This document shows, piece by piece, positions 1 to 14,130 of a DNA stretch of 64,000 nucleotides. The position numbers and the translations under genes were made by a program. Positions within the stretch are counted from its first letter, which is position 1, and each line of letters opens with the position of its first letter. The stretch is from an uncultured Alphaproteobacteria bacterium (GTDB lineage: Bacteria > Pseudomonadota > Alphaproteobacteria > HIMB59 > GCA-002718135): assembly GCA_902618385.1 (NCBI GenBank), contig CACNAF010000003.1:6852-70851 (forward strand). The letters are read 5' to 3'. The notes under the pieces were generated by a model that saw only the letters and a list, made by a program, of their open reading frames with translations, made no database searches and had not been told where the DNA came from.

Positions 1-591
1 ATGTCCAAAGTTATGGAAATTAGAAAATCAAAAAACCAAGAATTTCAAAGTCGGTATGAGGTCAAATTAGGTTTCATGTCATTTTTTGTAAAAGCGGTAG
101 TGAAAAGTTTGCAAGAGTATCCAGCTGTGAATGCTGAAATTAAAGATGAAAATATAATTTATAAAAATCATTTTGATATAGGTATAGCTGTTGGAACTGA
201 AAAAGGATTAGTCGTACCAATACTTAAAGATGCCGATCAATTGAGTTTTGGAGAAATAGAAACTAAAATTATTGATCTTAGTACAAAAGCCAAAGATGGA
301 ACGCTGACCATGGACGATTTGACTGGTGGAACTTTTACAATTTCAAATGGTGGCGTTTATGGATCAATGCTCAGCACCCCAATAATCAATAGACCTCAAT
401 CTGGAATTTTAGGGATGCATAATATTCAAAAAAGAGCAGTAGTTGTAAATGATGAAATAGTAATTAGGCCAATGATGTATGTTGCATTAAGTTATGATCA
501 TAGAATTATTGATGGAAAAGAAAGTGTTGGATTTTTAGTGAAAGTGAAAGAACTTCTAGAAGATCCATCCGAATTAGTATTAGGAATATAA
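1..591 (+). CDS. sucB: Dihydrolipoamide succinyltransferase (E2 of 2-oxoglutarate dehydrogenase), C-terminal part; truncated by window edge
   Basis: Catalytic DHRIIDG motif, [22 protein letters not shown]; followed by lpdA. Confidence 0.95.
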   Translation: MSKVMEIRKSKNQEFQSRYEVKLGFMSFFVKAVVKSLQEYPAVNAEIKDENIIYKNHFDIGIAVGTEKGLVVPILKDADQLSFGEIETKIIDLSTKAKDGTLTMDDLTGGTFTISNGGVYGSMLSTPIINRPQSGILGMHNIQKRAVVVNDEIVIRPMMYVALSYDHRIIDGKESVGFLVKVKELLEDPSELVLGI

Positions 592-592
592 A

Positions 593-1990
593 ATGGAAGA
601 TTTTGATTTAATAGTAATTGGTGCGGGACCTGGCGGATATGTAGCTGCAATCAGAGCAGCTCAACTTGGAATGAAGGTTGCTTGTATAGAAAAAGAGCCG
701 TCACTTGGTGGAACTTGCTTGAACATTGGATGCATACCTTCTAAAGCATTATTAAATTCATCTGAAAAATTTGTTGAAATTTCAAATCATGCTGCAGAGC
801 ATGGCATAAAAACATCAAAGATAGATTTAGACCTAAATGTTTTGATGGATCGCAAAACTAAGATTGTAAAAAAACTTACAACAGGGATCGGCTTTTTATT
901 TAAGAAAAATAAAATAACGCATATTCCTGGCATGGCTTCATTTGTAGATAAAAATACTATTTCTGTTACAAATGGAAAAAATGAAATTACTGCCAGTGCT
1001 AAAAATTTTATTATCGCAACAGGATCATCTTCGATTGAGATACCAAATATTCCTGTTGATGAAAAACAAATAGTATCTTCAACAGGTGCTCTTTCTCTAT
1101 CTAAAATACCAAAATCACTCCTAGTTATTGGTGGTGGATATATTGGACTAGAGATGGGATCAGTATGGAGTAGATTAGGCTCAAAGGTAACAGTTGTTGA
1201 AGCTCTTGATAGAATTGTTCCAACTATGGATGGTGAAATTGCAAAAGAGTTTATGAAAATGTTAACTAAACAAGGATTAGAATTTAAATTATCCCATAAA
1301 GTTAGTTCTGCAAAATCTGGTAAGTCTGGTGTAGATGTTGAGATGGAAACATCAGATAAAAAGAAAATAAAAGAAAACTACGAAATAGTTTTAATGTCAG
1401 TAGGAAGAAAACCAAACACAGAGGGACTGGGTCTCGAAAAAATTGGTATTAAATTAACCGCAAAAAAATCCATTGAGATTAAAGATAATTTTCAAACTTC
1501 TGTTGAAGGAATCTACGCAATTGGCGATGTAGCTCCAGGACCAATGCTAGCACACAAAGCTGAAGAAGAAGGAGTGGCTTGTGTTGAATTTATAAACGGT
1601 CAAAAACCTCATATAAATTACGACGCTATACCAGCGATTGTTTATACCAATCCAGAGATAGCATCAGTTGGAAAAACAGAGGAACAACTCAAGCAAGAAA
1701 AGAAAGACTTCAAGGTTGGAAAATTTCCTTTTATGGCAAATGGCCGTGCCTTAACTACCTCTGCATCAGAAGGATTTGTTAAAATTTTGGTTGATAAACA
1801 AACAGATGAAATTTTAGGTGCTCATATAATCGGTCATGATGCTGGACAGTTGATCGCTGAAATTGTTACGACAATAGAATTTGGTGGTAGTTCAGAAGAT
1901 ATTGCTAGAGTATGTCATGCTCATCCAACAACTAGTGAAGCAGTAAAAGAAGCAGCTTTAAGTGTAGATGGTAGAGCAATTCATATTTAA
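593..1990 (+). CDS. lpdA: Dihydrolipoyl dehydrogenase (E3)
   Basis: GAGPGGY FAD motif, GGTCLNIGCIPSK redox disulfide, C-terminal HAHPTTSE. Confidence 0.97.
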   Translation: MEDFDLIVIGAGPGGYVAAIRAAQLGMKVACIEKEPSLGGTCLNIGCIPSKALLNSSEKFVEISNHAAEHGIKTSKIDLDLNVLMDRKTKIVKKLTTGIGFLFKKNKITHIPGMASFVDKNTISVTNGKNEITASAKNFIIATGSSSIEIPNIPVDEKQIVSSTGALSLSKIPKSLLVIGGGYIGLEMGSVWSRLGSKVTVVEALDRIVPTMDGEIAKEFMKMLTKQGLEFKLSHKVSSAKSGKSGVDVEMETSDKKKIKENYEIVLMSVGRKPNTEGLGLEKIGIKLTAKKSIEIKDNFQTSVEGIYAIGDVAPGPMLAHKAEEEGVACVEFINGQKPHINYDAIPAIVYTNPEIASVGKTEEQLKQEKKDFKVGKFPFMANGRALTTSASEGFVKILVDKQTDEILGAHIIGHDAGQLIAEIVTTIEFGGSSEDIARVCHAHPTTSEAVKEAALSVDGRAIHI

Positions 1991-2190
1991 ATTTTAGCTA
2001 GATCCATTCCTTTTTTGTATTTTTTTGATGATTGTTTTACAACTGCTTGACCGCACCTCATAACTTTTCTTTTATGATCAAAAGTCATTTTTGGTTCACC
2101 ATGTAATTTCCATCCATTAGAGAGTGCCTCTGTTACTCTTTGGCAAAAATCAACAGTGTCATCATCTGTAATAAATCTATAACCTTTCAT
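1987..2190 (-). CDS. DUF1737-family small protein
   Basis: YRFIT..D...FCQRVTEAL..GW.LHG.P...CGQAVVK pattern typical of DUF1737; GGAAGG SD-like sequence upstream. Confidence 0.75.
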   Translation of the reverse strand: MKGYRFITDDDTVDFCQRVTEALSNGWKLHGEPKMTFDHKRKVMRCGQAVVKQSSKKYKKGMDLAKI

Positions 2191-2202
2191 TTTACCTTCC
2201 TT

Positions 2203-2865
2203 TCATTTAATACTTAATAAATTTACTTCTATAATTTTAATTAAGTACTCAACAAGATCAGTTTGCATATCAACTGTGAATTTATTTTTATCTTTTGATC
2301 CCATAGCCAATATTAGACTATCTTCACGACATTTAACTTTTAATAAAATATATGATTTTATCGTTGCTGATTTATTAGGAAAAAATAAAAGTAAACCTTT
2401 AGGATTTTGATTTAAATTTGTAACCATTTTGTTTTTAAAATAACTATTTGCAATTTTAATGTCTAGTTGTGATAAGTTTTCTGCTTTAATATTTTCATTT
2501 GTAACAAAACAATTCATTTCATCACAACCTAAAATTGTTTTAAGATCATTTTTAATTAAGCTTATTAATTTTTGTAAACTTTTTATATTTAGAATTCTAA
2601 TTGTAGATTTTAGAATTCTTTTTTGAGCATTTAAATGACTTTTTCCTGCAAGTAGTACTTTTGTCATTTGATTTTGTAGATCTATATTTTGTTGCGATAT
2701 TTTTTTATATCTATAAGCTTCTAAATCAACAACCTTATCAGAACTATTATCTACGGTTGGAAAATTTAGTTCATTAACTAATTCTGAATTTTTGATAAAA
2801 AAATTTTTATTTTTTTTTAAAAAATTTATTATTTGTTTTTCACTAATTTCATCTTCATGGGCCAT
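2203..2865 (-). CDS. DUF484-family protein (start moved to ATG 2865, MAHEDE...)
   Basis: N-terminal FL..N..FF...VVDL pattern, C-terminal LAMGS.D..KF...Q.TDL; position downstream of tal. Confidence 0.7.
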   Translation of the reverse strand: MAHEDEISEKQIINFLKKNKNFFIKNSELVNELNFPTVDNSSDKVVDLEAYRYKKISQQNIDLQNQMTKVLLAGKSHLNAQKRILKSTIRILNIKSLQKLISLIKNDLKTILGCDEMNCFVTNENIKAENLSQLDIKIANSYFKNKMVTNLNQNPKGLLLFFPNKSATIKSYILLKVKCREDSLILAMGSKDKNKFTVDMQTDLVEYLIKIIEVNLLSIK

Positions 2866-2870
2866 GACGA

Positions 2871-3530
2871 TTATTTTGGCAAGATTTGCTGTCCTGTTTT
2901 TGCCCAATCATCAAGAAATGCTTTAAGTCCTTTATCTGTCAGAGGATGTTTATATAATTCGTGAATAACTTTAGGTGGTAGAGTTGAAACATGGGCACCA
3001 ATTACAGCTGCATCAATAAGATGTTGAGTGTTTCTTACCGAAGCAACTAATACTTCCGTATCAAATCCATAATTTTCATACATTATTACTATATCTGAAA
3101 TCAGATCCATTCCTTTTTCACCAATGTCATCTAATCTTCCCACAAAAGGAGATATAAATGTTGCACCAACTTTAGCGGCTAGTAGTGCTTGAGCAGCACT
3201 AAAACATAATGTTACATTTACCATGATATCTTTTTCTCTAAGAGCTTTGCAAGTTTGAAGACCAGCAGGTGTAAGAGGAACTTTTACAGCAACATTCTTA
3301 GCTAATGATGCTAAGTACTCACCTTCTTCAAGCATTTTGTTATATTCCGTTGCTGTCACTTCTGCACTTACTGGACCGGATACTATTGAGCAAATTGTTT
3401 TAATTGTTTCTCCCATATCCTTACCACTTTTTGCAATAAGAGATGGGTTTGTCGTAACACCATCTATTAATCCACTAGGCATTAACTCTTCAATTTCTGG
3501 TATATCGGCAGTGTCTATAAAAAATTTCAT
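2871..3530 (-). CDS. tal: Transaldolase / fructose-6-phosphate aldolase family (short type)
   Basis: [20 protein letters not shown] Schiff-base Lys, SPFVGRLDD. Confidence 0.93.
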   Translation of the reverse strand: MKFFIDTADIPEIEELMPSGLIDGVTTNPSLIAKSGKDMGETIKTICSIVSGPVSAEVTATEYNKMLEEGEYLASLAKNVAVKVPLTPAGLQTCKALREKDIMVNVTLCFSAAQALLAAKVGATFISPFVGRLDDIGEKGMDLISDIVIMYENYGFDTEVLVASVRNTQHLIDAAVIGAHVSTLPPKVIHELYKHPLTDKGLKAFLDDWAKTGQQILPK

Positions 3531-3593
3531 TGTTTGTTGTATACCATATACAAGTTATTTAGAAAGTTAACATATAAAAAAAAAATAAATATA

Positions 3594-5549
3594 ATGTTGT
3601 ACGATGTAGTAGTAACAAGACCTTTCGATAAAGTTTTCACCTATTCTTCAACAAATGAGCAACTTGAAATTGGTCAAGTAGTCTTAGTTCCATTTGGAAA
3701 AAAAATAGAAGCTGGAATTATTTGGAAGAAGAATGTTAAAAATCCTGGATATGATATTAAAGAGGTTACACAAATTTGTAATGATCTTATCCTTCAGAGT
3801 TCTTCAATCGATTTTATAAATTGGATCGCAAATTATACTTTAGCTCCACTAGGAGCAGTTTTAAAATTATTTCTTATTAATAATGATATAGTTGAATTTG
3901 ATAACGAAAAATTAGATAGTTTCAATAACACTAAACCTTCTTTAGTGACCTTAAGTGAAGAGCAAGCAAATTCATTCAAAGAAATTACTCAATCATTTAA
4001 TAAATCAAATAAACCTGTTTTATTAGAAGGTGTAACAGGCTCTGGTAAAACTGAAGTATATTTTGAAATAATAGATAAATTTTTAAAAGAAAAAAAACAA
4101 ATATTAATAATGGTTCCAGAAATTAGCCTAACACCGCAATTAGAATCAAGAGTAAAGAAGCGTTTTGGAATGGAAGTGTGTTTGTGGCATTCTAAAATTA
4201 CAAAAAAAAATAGGCAAAAAATTTGGCATAAATGTTTTGCTGGAGATCCAGTAATTGTTATTGGTGCTCGTTCAAGTTTGTTTCTTCCTTTTACAAACTT
4301 AGGATTGATTGTTGTCGATGAAGAACATGATTCTAGTTATAAACAAGAGGACAACATACGTTACCAAGCAAGAGATCTTGCAGTTGTAAGAGCTAAAATT
4401 GAAAAAAATTTTATATTATTAGCTTCAGCAACGCCGTCTTTAGAAACAATAAATAATGTTAAAATTAAAAAATATGATCAAGTCTATTTATCAAAACAAT
4501 TTTCTGGAACTCCATTACCTGAAATTTCTATAATTGATTTAAATAAAAATAAACTTGATAAAGATAAATGGATTTCACAATCAATTATAGATTCTATTTC
4601 TCAGTGCTTAGAAAATAAGGAACAAACTCTTATTTTTTTAAACCGTAGAGGATATTCTCCATTAACCTTATGTAACAGTTGTGGATTCAGATATGAATGT
4701 GATCAGTGTTCATCATGGATGGTTATGCATCAACACAAAAAAGTTTTCTTATGTCATCAATGTGGAACTATAAAAAAATTAAATTTAGATTGTCCTCAAT
4801 GTAATGAAAAAGATAGTATAAAATTTGTTGGTCCTGGAGTTGAGAGAGTTGCAGAGGAGCTAAAAGAATTCTTTCCTGGGAAAAATATTTCCATCATGTC
4901 TAGCGACAACGTTAACACACCAAACAAAATTAAAAAATTTATTACTGATATAAACAACAAAGATATAGATATAATTGTAGCTACACAAATAATGGCAAAA
5001 GGATATGATTTTCCAAATTTGTCATTAGTAGGAATAGTTGATGCGGACGCAGGATTATTTGGTGGTGATCCTAGAGCCATAGAAAAAACTTTTAATCTAC
5101 TTCAGCAAGTTGGAGGAAGAGCTGGTAGAGGAAAAAAAATTGGTAAAGTTTTTCTTCAAACATATTTTCCAGACCAAGAAATAATTAAGTCGATTCAACT
5201 TCGAGAAAGAGAAGCTTTTATTGAAAGGGCTTTGGAAGAGAGAAAGAATTTTAATATACCTCCTTTTGGTTTTATGACTTCAATAATTCTTTCTAGTCAT
5301 ACAAAAGCTTTAGTTCTTAAACAAGCTTCAAGACTGGCTCAACAAGATCAAAATACTGAAAATATTAAAATTCTAGGTCCAGTTGAAGCTCCAATTTTTT
5401 TGCTTAGAGGACAATATCGGTACAGAATATTATTGAAGAGCAATAGTAGAAAAAATCTGAATAAATTCACAAAAAAAATTGTCGAAAAGACTAAATTACC
5501 TTCTTCTGTAAAGTTAATTATTGATGTCGATCCCTACTCATTTATGTAA
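3594..5549 (+). CDS. priA: Primosomal protein N' (replication restart helicase); start placed at ATG 3594
   Basis: GVTGSGKTEVY Walker A, DEEH, four CxxC zinc motifs, QVGGRAGR, C-terminal IDVDP. Confidence 0.95.
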   Translation: MLYDVVVTRPFDKVFTYSSTNEQLEIGQVVLVPFGKKIEAGIIWKKNVKNPGYDIKEVTQICNDLILQSSSIDFINWIANYTLAPLGAVLKLFLINNDIVEFDNEKLDSFNNTKPSLVTLSEEQANSFKEITQSFNKSNKPVLLEGVTGSGKTEVYFEIIDKFLKEKKQILIMVPEISLTPQLESRVKKRFGMEVCLWHSKITKKNRQKIWHKCFAGDPVIVIGARSSLFLPFTNLGLIVVDEEHDSSYKQEDNIRYQARDLAVVRAKIEKNFILLASATPSLETINNVKIKKYDQVYLSKQFSGTPLPEISIIDLNKNKLDKDKWISQSIIDSISQCLENKEQTLIFLNRRGYSPLTLCNSCGFRYECDQCSSWMVMHQHKKVFLCHQCGTIKKLNLDCPQCNEKDSIKFVGPGVERVAEELKEFFPGKNISIMSSDNVNTPNKIKKFITDINNKDIDIIVATQIMAKGYDFPNLSLVGIVDADAGLFGGDPRAIEKTFNLLQQVGGRAGRGKKIGKVFLQTYFPDQEIIKSIQLREREAFIERALEERKNFNIPPFGFMTSIILSSHTKALVLKQASRLAQQDQNTENIKILGPVEAPIFLLRGQYRYRILLKSNSRKNLNKFTKKIVEKTKLPSSVKLIIDVDPYSFM

Positions 5550-5667
5550 TTTACCCACAATTTTAAAAATATCTTCGATTTAACTCATTTGACGCACAAA
5601 CTGACAGTTTACCTACTTTTTCTGATGTGTTAATAGCCTATCTCTAAACTTCTTATGAGCGTAATTT

Positions 5668-6225
5668 ATGGCATCTAATACATTATCTGGAGACCTTATA
5701 TCTGAAAGGTACGGAGCTGCTCTCTATGATCTTGCTTCTGAAAAAAAATGTATTGATGATATTCTAAATGACTTTGAATTAGTGCTAAAAGCATTGAAAG
5801 AAAGTTCAGAATTAAGACAAGTAATTAAAAGTCCATTAGTAAATTCAGATGAGAAGCTTAATATTTTGCTAAAATTATTTTCTAAAGCAAATTTACATAA
5901 TCTTACGACAACTTTTTTAAAAGTTCTTGATAACAATAAAAGAATTTCAAATATCGGTTCTATTATTTTACAATTTAAAAAAATAAACTCTGAAAAAAGA
6001 GGTGATATTACTGCTGACATAACATCAGCAAACATATTATCTGATGATGAAAAAAATAATATTACAAATCAACTTAAAAAATCTTTAGGTGAAAAATTAT
6101 CTTTAAATTTTGATGTTGATGAAGACATTATTGGTGGTTTAATTGTTAAGGTTGGTTCCAAAATGATTGATACATCTATAGCGAATAAAATTAATAAACT
6201 TAAAATTGCAATGAAGGGGGCATAA
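5668..6225 (+). CDS. atpH: F1 ATP synthase delta subunit
   Basis: [27 protein letters not shown]; first gene of atpHAGDC. Confidence 0.95.
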   Translation: MASNTLSGDLISERYGAALYDLASEKKCIDDILNDFELVLKALKESSELRQVIKSPLVNSDEKLNILLKLFSKANLHNLTTTFLKVLDNNKRISNIGSIILQFKKINSEKRGDITADITSANILSDDEKNNITNQLKKSLGEKLSLNFDVDEDIIGGLIVKVGSKMIDTSIANKINKLKIAMKGA

Positions 6226-7760
6226 TGGAAATTAAAGCTGCAGAAATATCATCTGTAATTAAAGACCAAATAGCTAATTTTGAAACTAAAGCTGATGTTG
6301 CTGAGGTTGGAACAGTACTAAGTGTTGGAGATGGAATTGCACGTGTGTATGGTCTTGATCAAGTACAAGCTGGAGAGATGGTAGAATTCCCAGGCGGCAT
6401 TAAAGGTATGGCCCTCAACCTTGAAATGGATAACGTTGGTGTCTCAATCTTCGGTGATGATACTGGAATTAAAGAAGGTGACACAGTTAAACGTACAGGA
6501 GAAATCGTTGACGTTCCTGTTGGAAAAGAATTGTTAGGACGTGTTGTTGATGGTTTAGGAAATCCTATTGATGGCAAAGGTCCTATTCAATCTTCTGAAA
6601 AGAGAAGAATTGAATTAAAAGCCCCAGGTATTATTCCTCGTCAAAGTGTATCTGAACCTATGCAGACAGGAATTAAAGCACTTGATGCTCTTGTTCCAGT
6701 TGGAAGAGGACAGCGTGAATTAATAATTGGTGATAGACAAACAGGTAAAACTGCTGTTGCTATTGATACAATCTTAAATCAAAAATCTGTAAATCAATCA
6801 GACAATGAAAAAGAAAAGCTATATTGTATCTACGTTGCTATTGGTCAGAAAAGATCAACAGTTGCTCAAATTGTAAAAACGCTAGAAGATAATGGTGCAA
6901 TGGAATATACAATTGTTGTATCTGCAACTGCATCAGAGCCTGCACCGTTGCAATTTTTATCTGCTTATACTGGCTGTACAATGGGTGAGTATTTTAGAGA
7001 TAATGGTATGCATGCATTAATCGTTTATGATGATTTATCAAAGCAAGCTGTTGCTTACAGACAGATGTCTCTTTTATTAAGAAGACCTCCTGGACGTGAA
7101 GCATATCCTGGAGATGTATTTTATATTCATAGTCGTCTTTTAGAAAGAGCAGCTAAAATGAGTGATGAGCATGGTGGCGGAAGTTTAACTGCCCTGCCAA
7201 TTATTGAAACTCAGGCTGGTGACTTGTCTGCTTATATTCCAACAAACGTAATATCAATTACAGATGGACAAATCTTCCTAGAAACAAACCTCTTCTTTGC
7301 TGGTATTCGTCCTGCTATTAACGTTGGTCTTTCTGTAAGTCGTGTTGGTTCTGCAGCTCAAACAAAAGCAATGAAAAAAATTGCTGGTCCGGTAAAACTA
7401 GAATTAGCTCAGTATCGTGAGATGGCTGCTTTTGCTCAGTTTGCATCAGACTTAGACGCTTCAACGAAACAATTACTTGATCGTGGTGCAAGACTTGTTG
7501 AAATCTTAAAACAAGGTCAGTATTCACCACTAACGGTCTCAGAGCAAGTTGTATCTATTTATGCAGGTGTGCGCGGATATCTTGATAAAGTTGCAGTAGG
7601 CGATGTAGTCAAGTTTGAAGCAAAAGTTTTAAATGAGATTAGAACTAAGCATAGTGATTTATTAGACGCGATTGCTAATGAAAAAGAATTATCTAAAGAA
7701 AATGATGATAAATTAAAATCAATCTTAGATGATTTGGTTGGAAAGTTTGCAAGTAACTAA
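6225..7760 (+). CDS. atpA: F1 ATP synthase alpha subunit
   Basis: [21 protein letters not shown]. Confidence 0.99.
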   Translation: MEIKAAEISSVIKDQIANFETKADVAEVGTVLSVGDGIARVYGLDQVQAGEMVEFPGGIKGMALNLEMDNVGVSIFGDDTGIKEGDTVKRTGEIVDVPVGKELLGRVVDGLGNPIDGKGPIQSSEKRRIELKAPGIIPRQSVSEPMQTGIKALDALVPVGRGQRELIIGDRQTGKTAVAIDTILNQKSVNQSDNEKEKLYCIYVAIGQKRSTVAQIVKTLEDNGAMEYTIVVSATASEPAPLQFLSAYTGCTMGEYFRDNGMHALIVYDDLSKQAVAYRQMSLLLRRPPGREAYPGDVFYIHSRLLERAAKMSDEHGGGSLTALPIIETQAGDLSAYIPTNVISITDGQIFLETNLFFAGIRPAINVGLSVSRVGSAAQTKAMKKIAGPVKLELAQYREMAAFAQFASDLDASTKQLLDRGARLVEILKQGQYSPLTVSEQVVSIYAGVRGYLDKVAVGDVVKFEAKVLNEIRTKHSDLLDAIANEKELSKENDDKLKSILDDLVGKFASN

Positions 7761-7763
7761 TCT

Positions 7764-10092
<2,329 letters not shown>

Positions 10093-10093
<1 letters not shown>

Positions 10094-10491
10094 TGGCAAC
10101 AATTTCTTTTGATTTAGTTTCACCTGAAAATCTCATTTTTAATGATGAGGTTGGAATGATTATTGTTCCAGGAAAGGATGGCGATTTTGGTGTTCTTCCT
10201 GGACACAGCAAAGTAATGTCTTCACTGAGACCAGGAAGAGTAATGGTTTATGGTGAAGATAAAAACCTTCTTAAGGCTTTCTTTGTCTCTGGTGGTTTTG
10301 CTGAAGTAAATCCGGAGAAGTGTATTGTTTTGGCAGAGAGTGTTAACGAAATAAACACAATTGAAAAACAATCTATTGAAAAAGAAATTGAGGAGCTAAG
10401 TGGCCAAGAAACTGATGTAGCTAAAGATAAACTAGCGATTGCTAAAGCAAAAATTGAAGCACTTGACTCTAGTTTTTACGAAAAGATTTAA
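10093..10491 (+). CDS. atpC: F1 ATP synthase epsilon subunit
   Basis: LVSPE, GDFGVLPGH, VSGGFAEV. Confidence 0.96.
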
Positions 10492-10496
10492 TAGTT

Positions 10497-10934
10497 TTAA
10501 TCTTTAACCGACTCCATTGAAACAAAAGTAGACGTGGACGCTACGTTAGGTAGAGAAGAAATTTTTTCTGCTAGTAACAATCTATACTCTGATATATTTT
10601 TTGTTCTTACTTTTAACAAATAATCGAAACTCCCTGCTATCATATGACATTGCTCTATACTTTCTAACTTACTAACCTCTCTATTAAAATTTTCTAACGC
10701 ACTTGCCCTGGTATCAGACAAAACTACCTGAACAAAAGCTACATGAGCTTTTTGGAGTTGCTCGTAATTTATCCTTGCATGATATCCTAGTATGTATTTT
10801 TTTTCTTCTAATTTTTTTAAGCGAGCTTGGCAGGGAGAAATTGACAAATTAACTTCTTTGGCAAGATCACTGAGAGTAATGCGTCCATTTTTTGCCAATA
10901 TACGTATTATTTGATCATCTATTTTATCTATCAT
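10497..10934 (-). CDS. putR: Lrp/AsnC family regulator, probably proline utilization activator PutR
   Basis: N-terminal HTH (LAKEVNLSISPCQARLKKLE), CHMIAGSFDYLLKV; divergent from putA. Confidence 0.85.
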   Translation of the reverse strand: MIDKIDDQIIRILAKNGRITLSDLAKEVNLSISPCQARLKKLEEKKYILGYHARINYEQLQKAHVAFVQVVLSDTRASALENFNREVSKLESIEQCHMIAGSFDYLLKVRTKNISEYRLLLAEKISSLPNVASTSTFVSMESVKD

Positions 10935-11065
10935 AATAAAATTCTCGTATTTATGTATATTTATAATAAAATATTTTATTTATCACGTTTTAACAAGAAA
11001 AATTTATTATAAATTAAGAATTATCAGTAAAAATTATTGCATAAAATATATTAAAATTGCAATAT

Positions 11066-14000
11066 ATGAAAGATGTACTTAATAACAAATTTACTGATCA
11101 AGTCAGATTTACTCATGAGCATTTAACTCCCCAGATTACAGAGTATCTGGCAATTCATGAATATGAAATAAAAGATAATGCTAAAAAGATAATTGATTCT
11201 GCTAAGCAATATAATTCTTACAATGCTTTTGAAAAGTTAATGCAAGAATATGATTTGTCCAGTGATGAAGGTATAGTATTGATGTGTCTTGCTGAGGCTC
11301 TGCTAAGAATTCCAGATAGCAAAACCATTAATGATTTAATTGAAGACAAAATACCTTCAGGTAAATGGAAAGATCATATTAAAAATGATAATAGTATATT
11401 CGTAAATATCTCATCTATTGCTTTTTTGATGACAGGAAAAATCTTAAGGCAAGGGGAACTAAATGAAACTGATATATTCATCTCCGCATTAAAAAATATT
11501 AGTAAGCCAGTTTTAAGAACAATAATTAAACAATCAATTAATTTATTAGCTAAACAATTTATATTTGAAAAAGATATTCATAAAGCATCAAAGCTTTCTT
11601 CAAAGTTAAAGGACTCAATATACGCCTATTCCTTTGATATGCTTGGTGAAGGAGCAAGAACTTATGCAGATTCAACAAAGTATTTTGAGAATTATAAAAA
11701 TGCAATATTAACGATAGGTAAGTCAACTTCTAAAAAACAACATAGCATTTCTATTAAGTTATCAGCATTACATCCTCGTTATGAACGTAGTAAACTTGAT
11801 CTTCTTAGAAAGGAACTGTTACCAAAATTATTTGAATTAATAAATTTAGCTAAAAGCATGAATGTTGATATTTGTTTTGATGCGGAAGAAGCGGATCGAT
11901 TAAATCTATCTCTATTTTTAGTTGAAGATATTTTGAATAGCGATCTAATTGATAGCGAATATACGGGGTTTGGTATAGCTGTTCAAGCGTATCAACAACG
12001 AGCGATGTTTGTTTTGCATTGGTTAAGTTCAAAACTCTTATTATTAAATAAAAAAATGAATGTGCGTCTTGTTAAAGGAGCATATTGGGATACAGAAATA
12101 AAATTAGCGCAGGAAAAAGGCTTAATTAATTATCCTGTTTTTACTAAAAAATTTATAACCGATTTATCTTATTTGAGATGTGCTCACATTTTAGAAACAT
12201 CACAAAATATTTTTCCTCAGTTTGCAACTCATAATGCTTTTACCATCGCTTATGTGCAATGCTTATTTAAGGATAAACCTCATGAGTTTCAAAAACTACA
12301 CGGCATGGGAGACGAAATTTACAACCATTTTGATAATAACGAAGATTTTTCATGCAGAGTATATGCGCCAGTTGGTGGACACAATGACCTTCTCCCTTAT
12401 TTAGTGAGAAGACTTCTAGAAAATGGAGCAAACACATCATTTATCCATCAGTTGAATAAAAAAAATTCAACTATAGATGAATTGACCCAATCTCCTTTAT
12501 CTAAAATACCGATGATAGAGCACAACCAAATAAATAAACCTGAAAGTATTTTTCCTAATAGAAAAAATTCTTATGGCGTTGATCTAACGGAAGAAAAAAA
12601 TATTACAACTTTTTCAAATTTACAAATTTTGCATGATGTTAAGGCCTATTCTATTATTAATGGAATTGATCAAATTACTAAAGTAAAAGAAAAAATAGCA
12701 AAGCCATATGACTTAAATTTAAAAATAGGTGAGGCTTATTTTGCTGATGAGTCTGTAATCAACGCTGCAATTAAATCTCTAAATGGGTTTAGTCAAAATT
12801 GGAAAAGTAGCTCTCTTGATGAAAGAATTTTAATAGTCCATAAATTTGCAAACTTATTAGAAAAAAATTATCACAACTTAGTATCTTATTGCGTTCAAGA
12901 GGCAGGTAAAACTATTCAAGACTCTATCGCAGACATACGTGAGGCTGTAGATTTTTGTAGATATTACGCTGAAGAAGCAAAAAAAATTCTTCAGGAAAAT
13001 AATTTACCAGGACCAACTGGTGAAAAAAACATCTACAAATTAAAAGCACGTGGTCTAACATGTGTTATTAGCCCATGGAATTTTCCTGTTGCTATTTATG
13101 TTGGTCAAATGATAGCTTCATTGATTACTGGCAATGTTACGCTAGTTAAACCTGCAGAACAAACATCGGGTATTAGTTATTTCATTTTTAAGTTATTATT
13201 AAAAGCAGGTCTGCCAAAAGAGGCTGCAGCATTAGTACTTGGAAAAGGAGAAAATATTGGACCAACAGTTTTTTCTACAAATGGGTTGCAAAACGTTGTA
13301 TTTACAGGGTCTTTAAACACAGCTAAAATCATTCAACAACAACTTCATCAAAGAGAAGATCTAATTAATCTTATTGCTGAGACAGGAGGACTAAATTGTC
13401 TTATTGCTGATAGTTCTGCTCTTACCGAACATGTGGTGGATGATGTTATTAATTCAGCATTTAATAGTGCTGGACAAAGATGTTCAGCGTGTAGAATTTT
13501 ATTTATCGAGGAGAATGTATACAATAAAACTATGTTAATGCTAAAAGGGGCATTAGAGACTCTATCTATTTCATCTCCAGAATTAATTTCTACCGATGTT
13601 GGCCCAGTCATTGATGTTCAGTCTCTAGAAAAAATAGAGAGGTATTTAAGTCAGTTTAATAAAAAATTTCAAGTAGCTATAGACGTCAATCAGGGAAATT
13701 TCATCCCTCCTGCAATTATAGAAATTGAAAATATAAGTGATGTAAGGGATGAAATATTTGGCCCCGTTCTTCACGTGTTAACTTTTAAATCGAAAAATTT
13801 AAATGAATTATGCAATCAAATAAATTCATTGAATTATGGTTTAACTTTAGGAATTCATAGTAGAATTGATAGAGTAATAAGTACTGTGATTAATAATATA
13901 AATGTTGGAAATATATATATAAATAGGAACATTGTAGGAGCTGTTGTTGGTTCACAACCATTTGGCGGACACAATAAGTCAGGAACAGGACCTAAGGCAG

Positions 14001-14104
14001 GAGGTCCTGAATATCTAAAGAAATTTTGTTATGAATATAGTATTTCAAATAATGTAGTTGCAATGGGAGGTAATGTGGATCTTTTATCTAACGTTTATGA
14101 TTAA
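11066..14104 (+). CDS. putA: Bifunctional proline dehydrogenase / L-glutamate gamma-semialdehyde dehydrogenase (ATG 11066 preferred; TTG 11057 possible)
   Basis: SFDMLGE, RLVKGAYW, YLVRRLLENGAN, ETGG, GQRCSA, GTGPKAGGP. Confidence 0.96.
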   Translation: MKDVLNNKFTDQVRFTHEHLTPQITEYLAIHEYEIKDNAKKIIDSAKQYNSYNAFEKLMQEYDLSSDEGIVLMCLAEALLRIPDSKTINDLIEDKIPSGKWKDHIKNDNSIFVNISSIAFLMTGKILRQGELNETDIFISALKNISKPVLRTIIKQSINLLAKQFIFEKDIHKASKLSSKLKDSIYAYSFDMLGEGARTYADSTKYFENYKNAILTIGKSTSKKQHSISIKLSALHPRYERSKLDLLRKELLPKLFELINLAKSMNVDICFDAEEADRLNLSLFLVEDILNSDLIDSEYTGFGIAVQAYQQRAMFVLHWLSSKLLLLNKKMNVRLVKGAYWDTEIKLAQEKGLINYPVFTKKFITDLSYLRCAHILETSQNIFPQFATHNAFTIAYVQCLFKDKPHEFQKLHGMGDEIYNHFDNNEDFSCRVYAPVGGHNDLLPYLVRRLLENGANTSFIHQLNKKNSTIDELTQSPLSKIPMIEHNQINKPESIFPNRKNSYGVDLTEEKNITTFSNLQILHDVKAYSIINGIDQITKVKEKIAKPYDLNLKIGEAYFADESVINAAIKSLNGFSQNWKSSSLDERILIVHKFANLLEKNYHNLVSYCVQEAGKTIQDSIADIREAVDFCRYYAEEAKKILQENNLPGPTGEKNIYKLKARGLTCVISPWNFPVAIYVGQMIASLITGNVTLVKPAEQTSGISYFIFKLLLKAGLPKEAAALVLGKGENIGPTVFSTNGLQNVVFTGSLNTAKIIQQQLHQREDLINLIAETGGLNCLIADSSALTEHVVDDVINSAFNSAGQRCSACRILFIEENVYNKTMLMLKGALETLSISSPELISTDVGPVIDVQSLEKIERYLSQFNKKFQVAIDVNQGNFIPPAIIEIENISDVRDEIFGPVLHVLTFKSKNLNELCNQINSLNYGLTLGIHSRIDRVISTVINNINVGNIYINRNIVGAVVGSQPFGGHNKSGTGPKAGGPEYLKKFCYEYSISNNVVAMGGNVDLLSNVYD

Positions 14105-14130
14105 AGGATATTTTGATGTTTGAATTTTAT

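Noticed and set aside
3594-3960. Short PriA N-terminal region as a pseudogene sign
   Set aside because: The ORF is continuous and all helicase and zinc motifs are intact; compact PriA is consistent with streamlining.
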